Assembly (NCBI GenBank): GCA_963748215.1
Contig: CAVVHS010000005.1
Location: forward strand, 192,001-256,000
Length of the DNA: 64,000 nucleotides
Origin: an uncultured Gammaproteobacteria bacterium
GTDB lineage: Bacteria; Pseudomonadota; Gammaproteobacteria; UBA9214
Direction: 5' to 3'
The position numbers were made by a program, and so were the translations under genes. How positions within the stretch are numbered: the stretch's first letter is position 1; each line of letters opens with the position of its first letter. The notes beneath the pieces are model-generated. The model did not search any database. It was not told the origin of the DNA and worked only from the letters and a program-made list of their open reading frames with translations. Shown piece after piece: positions 62,801-64,000 of this stretch.

Positions 62801-63654
62801 ACCTGCCTGTTGCCCGCGTGATAGGCCATGCGCAGGGCATCGACTTCCAGTTCGCCGCTGACCGCCGTGATGCGCGACGCCTCGAGTCGCGCCCACAGGC
62901 GCAGGTCGACGATGCCCTGCACCGCATGCGCCTGCTCGAGCGCGGGTGCCAGCAGGCTGGACAGCGCCAGTGATTGCCCCCTGAAGTAGGCGCGCCCACG
63001 CCAGTCGGCGGGGTGCGTGGTATCGCCGCGCAGCTGCGCGACGATTTCGATCCGGTCACCGAGCTGGCCCGGCAACAGGGCATGTCCGTTCACGTAGTGG
63101 TCATCACCCTGGTTGGTCAGGGTGGCATTCACCGCCGAAAAGTGCTGTGTCCCGGCCCCTCTGGGGATATCCCTGATAGTGACGTCGGCGTCATGGATGG
63201 ACAGCCGCGACATCGCCGCAAGCGCACCGAATTCGACGTCCGCCCTGTGCTCGGCGGCGAACTCCTCCAGTATCAGGCGGCCGCTTTCGTCACGCGCCAG
63301 AGTGAGTGCGACGCCGATGATGTCGATATCCGCAAAACGCAGCTCGCGTGTTTTCAGAAAATGCACGGTATCGATGCTGATCTGGATTTCGCGCACGACA
63401 AGCGGCTGCATACCGCGTATGCCGGCGATGACGACATTCCTCAGCCTGATCACCGGGCGCAGGCCACGCCAGGTCGCCTCCACGCGGCCGACGCTAAGCG
63501 GGCGCTGTAATGCGTCGCTCGCAGCCGTCTCGATATCGTGCCCATAGCCGCCCAGCGACGGGGCCCATACCCGTGCGACCGTGAGCAGCACGGCGAGGAG
63601 GAACAGGCCGGCAGCCAGCAGCAGCCAGGCAAGGTGCAGGATGCGCCTCAGCAT
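59806..63654 (-). CDS. yhdP: AsmA-like phospholipid transport protein YhdP
   Basis: 1282 aa; N-terminal TM; LPRRLTLDF motif; rng-yhdP-nit-tldD synteny. Confidence 0.92.
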   Translation of the reverse strand: MLRRILHLAWLLLAAGLFLLAVLLTVARVWAPSLGGYGHDIETAASDALQRPLSVGRVEATWRGLRPVIRLRNVVIAGIRGMQPLVVREIQISIDTVHFLKTRELRFADIDIIGVALTLARDESGRLILEEFAAEHRADVEFGALAAMSRLSIHDADVTIRDIPRGAGTQHFSAVNATLTNQGDDHYVNGHALLPGQLGDRIEIVAQLRGDTTHPADWRGRAYFRGQSLALSSLLAPALEQAHAVQGIVDLRLWARLEASRITAVSGELEVDALRMAYHAGNRQVVFAADNVQTQFGWRQAAQGWQAVLQQLQVRRDRQAWQTGNLSLAGLHHEDSVQVRAEAALVDLDEISGLLPVIPGLDAAVRDMLVDAQPTGVIEDLSCAFTRTNEVISMDSFSARFTGLGMLQTGAMPYLAGLDGTINGDAQAGSLQLGSTGLVLHDEHLFRAALHFDQAGGEVYWRMADGVLEVGSESLTLRNPHLALDARFSLSLPRNGDPVETDTEIAVREFDVASTRDFLPALIMSKTGVAWLDRALVDGKVRDGSVIIQGRLDQLPYDHGEGRLEVRLPVTDATLDFNEHWSPLTQLDAQVDFTGRQMDINSHKGLIRTAVLGKVHAQIKDIARPRLSIKGNVKGALPVMLEELGSSPLGETYGGFVDRIVTSGDTDLALDILVPLDKSTAPISVAGKIGLRDNTLTVKDADITLEHVRGRLEFDDQGIRGDGLQATLFGRTASARVWTGRGKPVTHVSLEGQLGLLDHVLPESASLRDVISGDPVWRVELTTRGIPARGKNVDVGLSITSSLQGLAIDLPAPFGKPAAASRPLSVDIAALGSSEPYVRAEYGEALHAVLVLTQGAQGFGLQRGNIALGDETPVPPQIPQLLISGKLDRFRLADWQPHMAGGDTGAGPPLRVSVRLRELETFGFRLHDTGLDIVEAGTGWTIKTIGPSAEGELRVTRSAGSIDTIGMDMQRLVLEPVADAKPQAEPPPQPAGFPALSIKIRQLFFKDIDFGKLELQARRQPGGIYRIEQLALSSPMLTLQTSGDWRQAGAEQISHAEIAVTGGNVGALLDALGYQKLMKDGHPTGQLKASWSGAPWDLRTEIIDGRFDIVIKDGQLLEVEPGATGRALGLLSLAKLPRRLTLDFTDLFGEGLSFDRIGAEFVLDNGNAYTEKMVIDGPAAKIEISGRVGLVAQDYDELVTVTPYLNSSLPLAGALAGGPAVGAVVIVAGKLLEDAFRLNELARKQYEVTGPWANPVVKQLNVPEPEQERPPDPAMGADEFFR

Positions 63655-63693
63655 GCCCCTGGATACCCCGGATCGCAGGCCGGAAATGCCTGC

Positions 63694-64000
63694 CTACATT
63701 GGCACGACGTCATACTGTTCCTGCGTGTAGAGGGTTTCCACCTGGAAGCGAATGGGCTTGTCGATGAAGACTTCGAGTTCCGCCAGACTGGAGGACTCCT
63801 CGTCCAGCAACAGGTCGACGACCTCCTGCGAGGCCAGCACCAGCAACTGCTGCACGTCGAACTGGCGCGAGGCACGCAGGATTTCCCGGAAGATCTCGTA
63901 ACAGGTGGTCTCCGCGGTCTTCAGCGAGGCCCGGCCGTTGCAGGTCGGGCAAACCTCGCACATGACGTGTTCCAGGCTCTCGCTGGTACGCTTGCGCGTC
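63694..64000 (-). CDS. rng: Ribonuclease G, 3' part (continues beyond the window)
   Basis: RKRTSESLEHVMCEVCPTCNG and YTQEQYDVV motifs. Confidence 0.92.
   Translation of the reverse strand, partial: TRKRTSESLEHVMCEVCPTCNGRASLKTAETTCYEIFREILRASRQFDVQQLLVLASQEVVDLLLDEESSSLAELEVFIDKPIRFQVETLYTQEQYDVVPM

Overview
High-GC gammaproteobacterial chromosome segment, probably from a sulfur oxidiser (soxXA; hprK/ptsI in the rpoN cluster). Most of it is conserved housekeeping synteny: mltF-tadA-guaAB-xseA, sspAB-petABC-Nif3-degS, hisC/D/G-murA-mla-kds-lpt-rpoN-PTS-mgtE, and pmbA-yjgA...tldD-nitrilase-yhdP-rng. Accessory genes include soxXA, two Cys-containing YceI paralogues, the AmmeMemoRadiSam operon, an HTH-ferredoxin-reductase fusion and an HxlR/cytochrome c'-beta pair. 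I found no cas, integrase or transposase gene. The unusual signal is in the intergenic DNA, which holds many non-coding, apparently non-autonomous elements. (i) Two tandem arrays carry a copy of the 3' end of the adjacent gene in each unit: 178-bp units at tRNA-Ser and ~200-bp units at hisC. (ii) Nested palindromic cassettes are built from a small reusable set of modules (CCACGGAA/TTCCGTGG 9-10-mers, TCACGTC heptamers, GTAG-type REP pairs). (iii) TA/CTAG-flanked MITE-like elements keep their secondary structure through compensatory changes and often sit on stop codons. (iv) A ~48-bp hairpin element appears inserted into itself. Gene calls rest on motif recognition and synteny only; no database searches were run.
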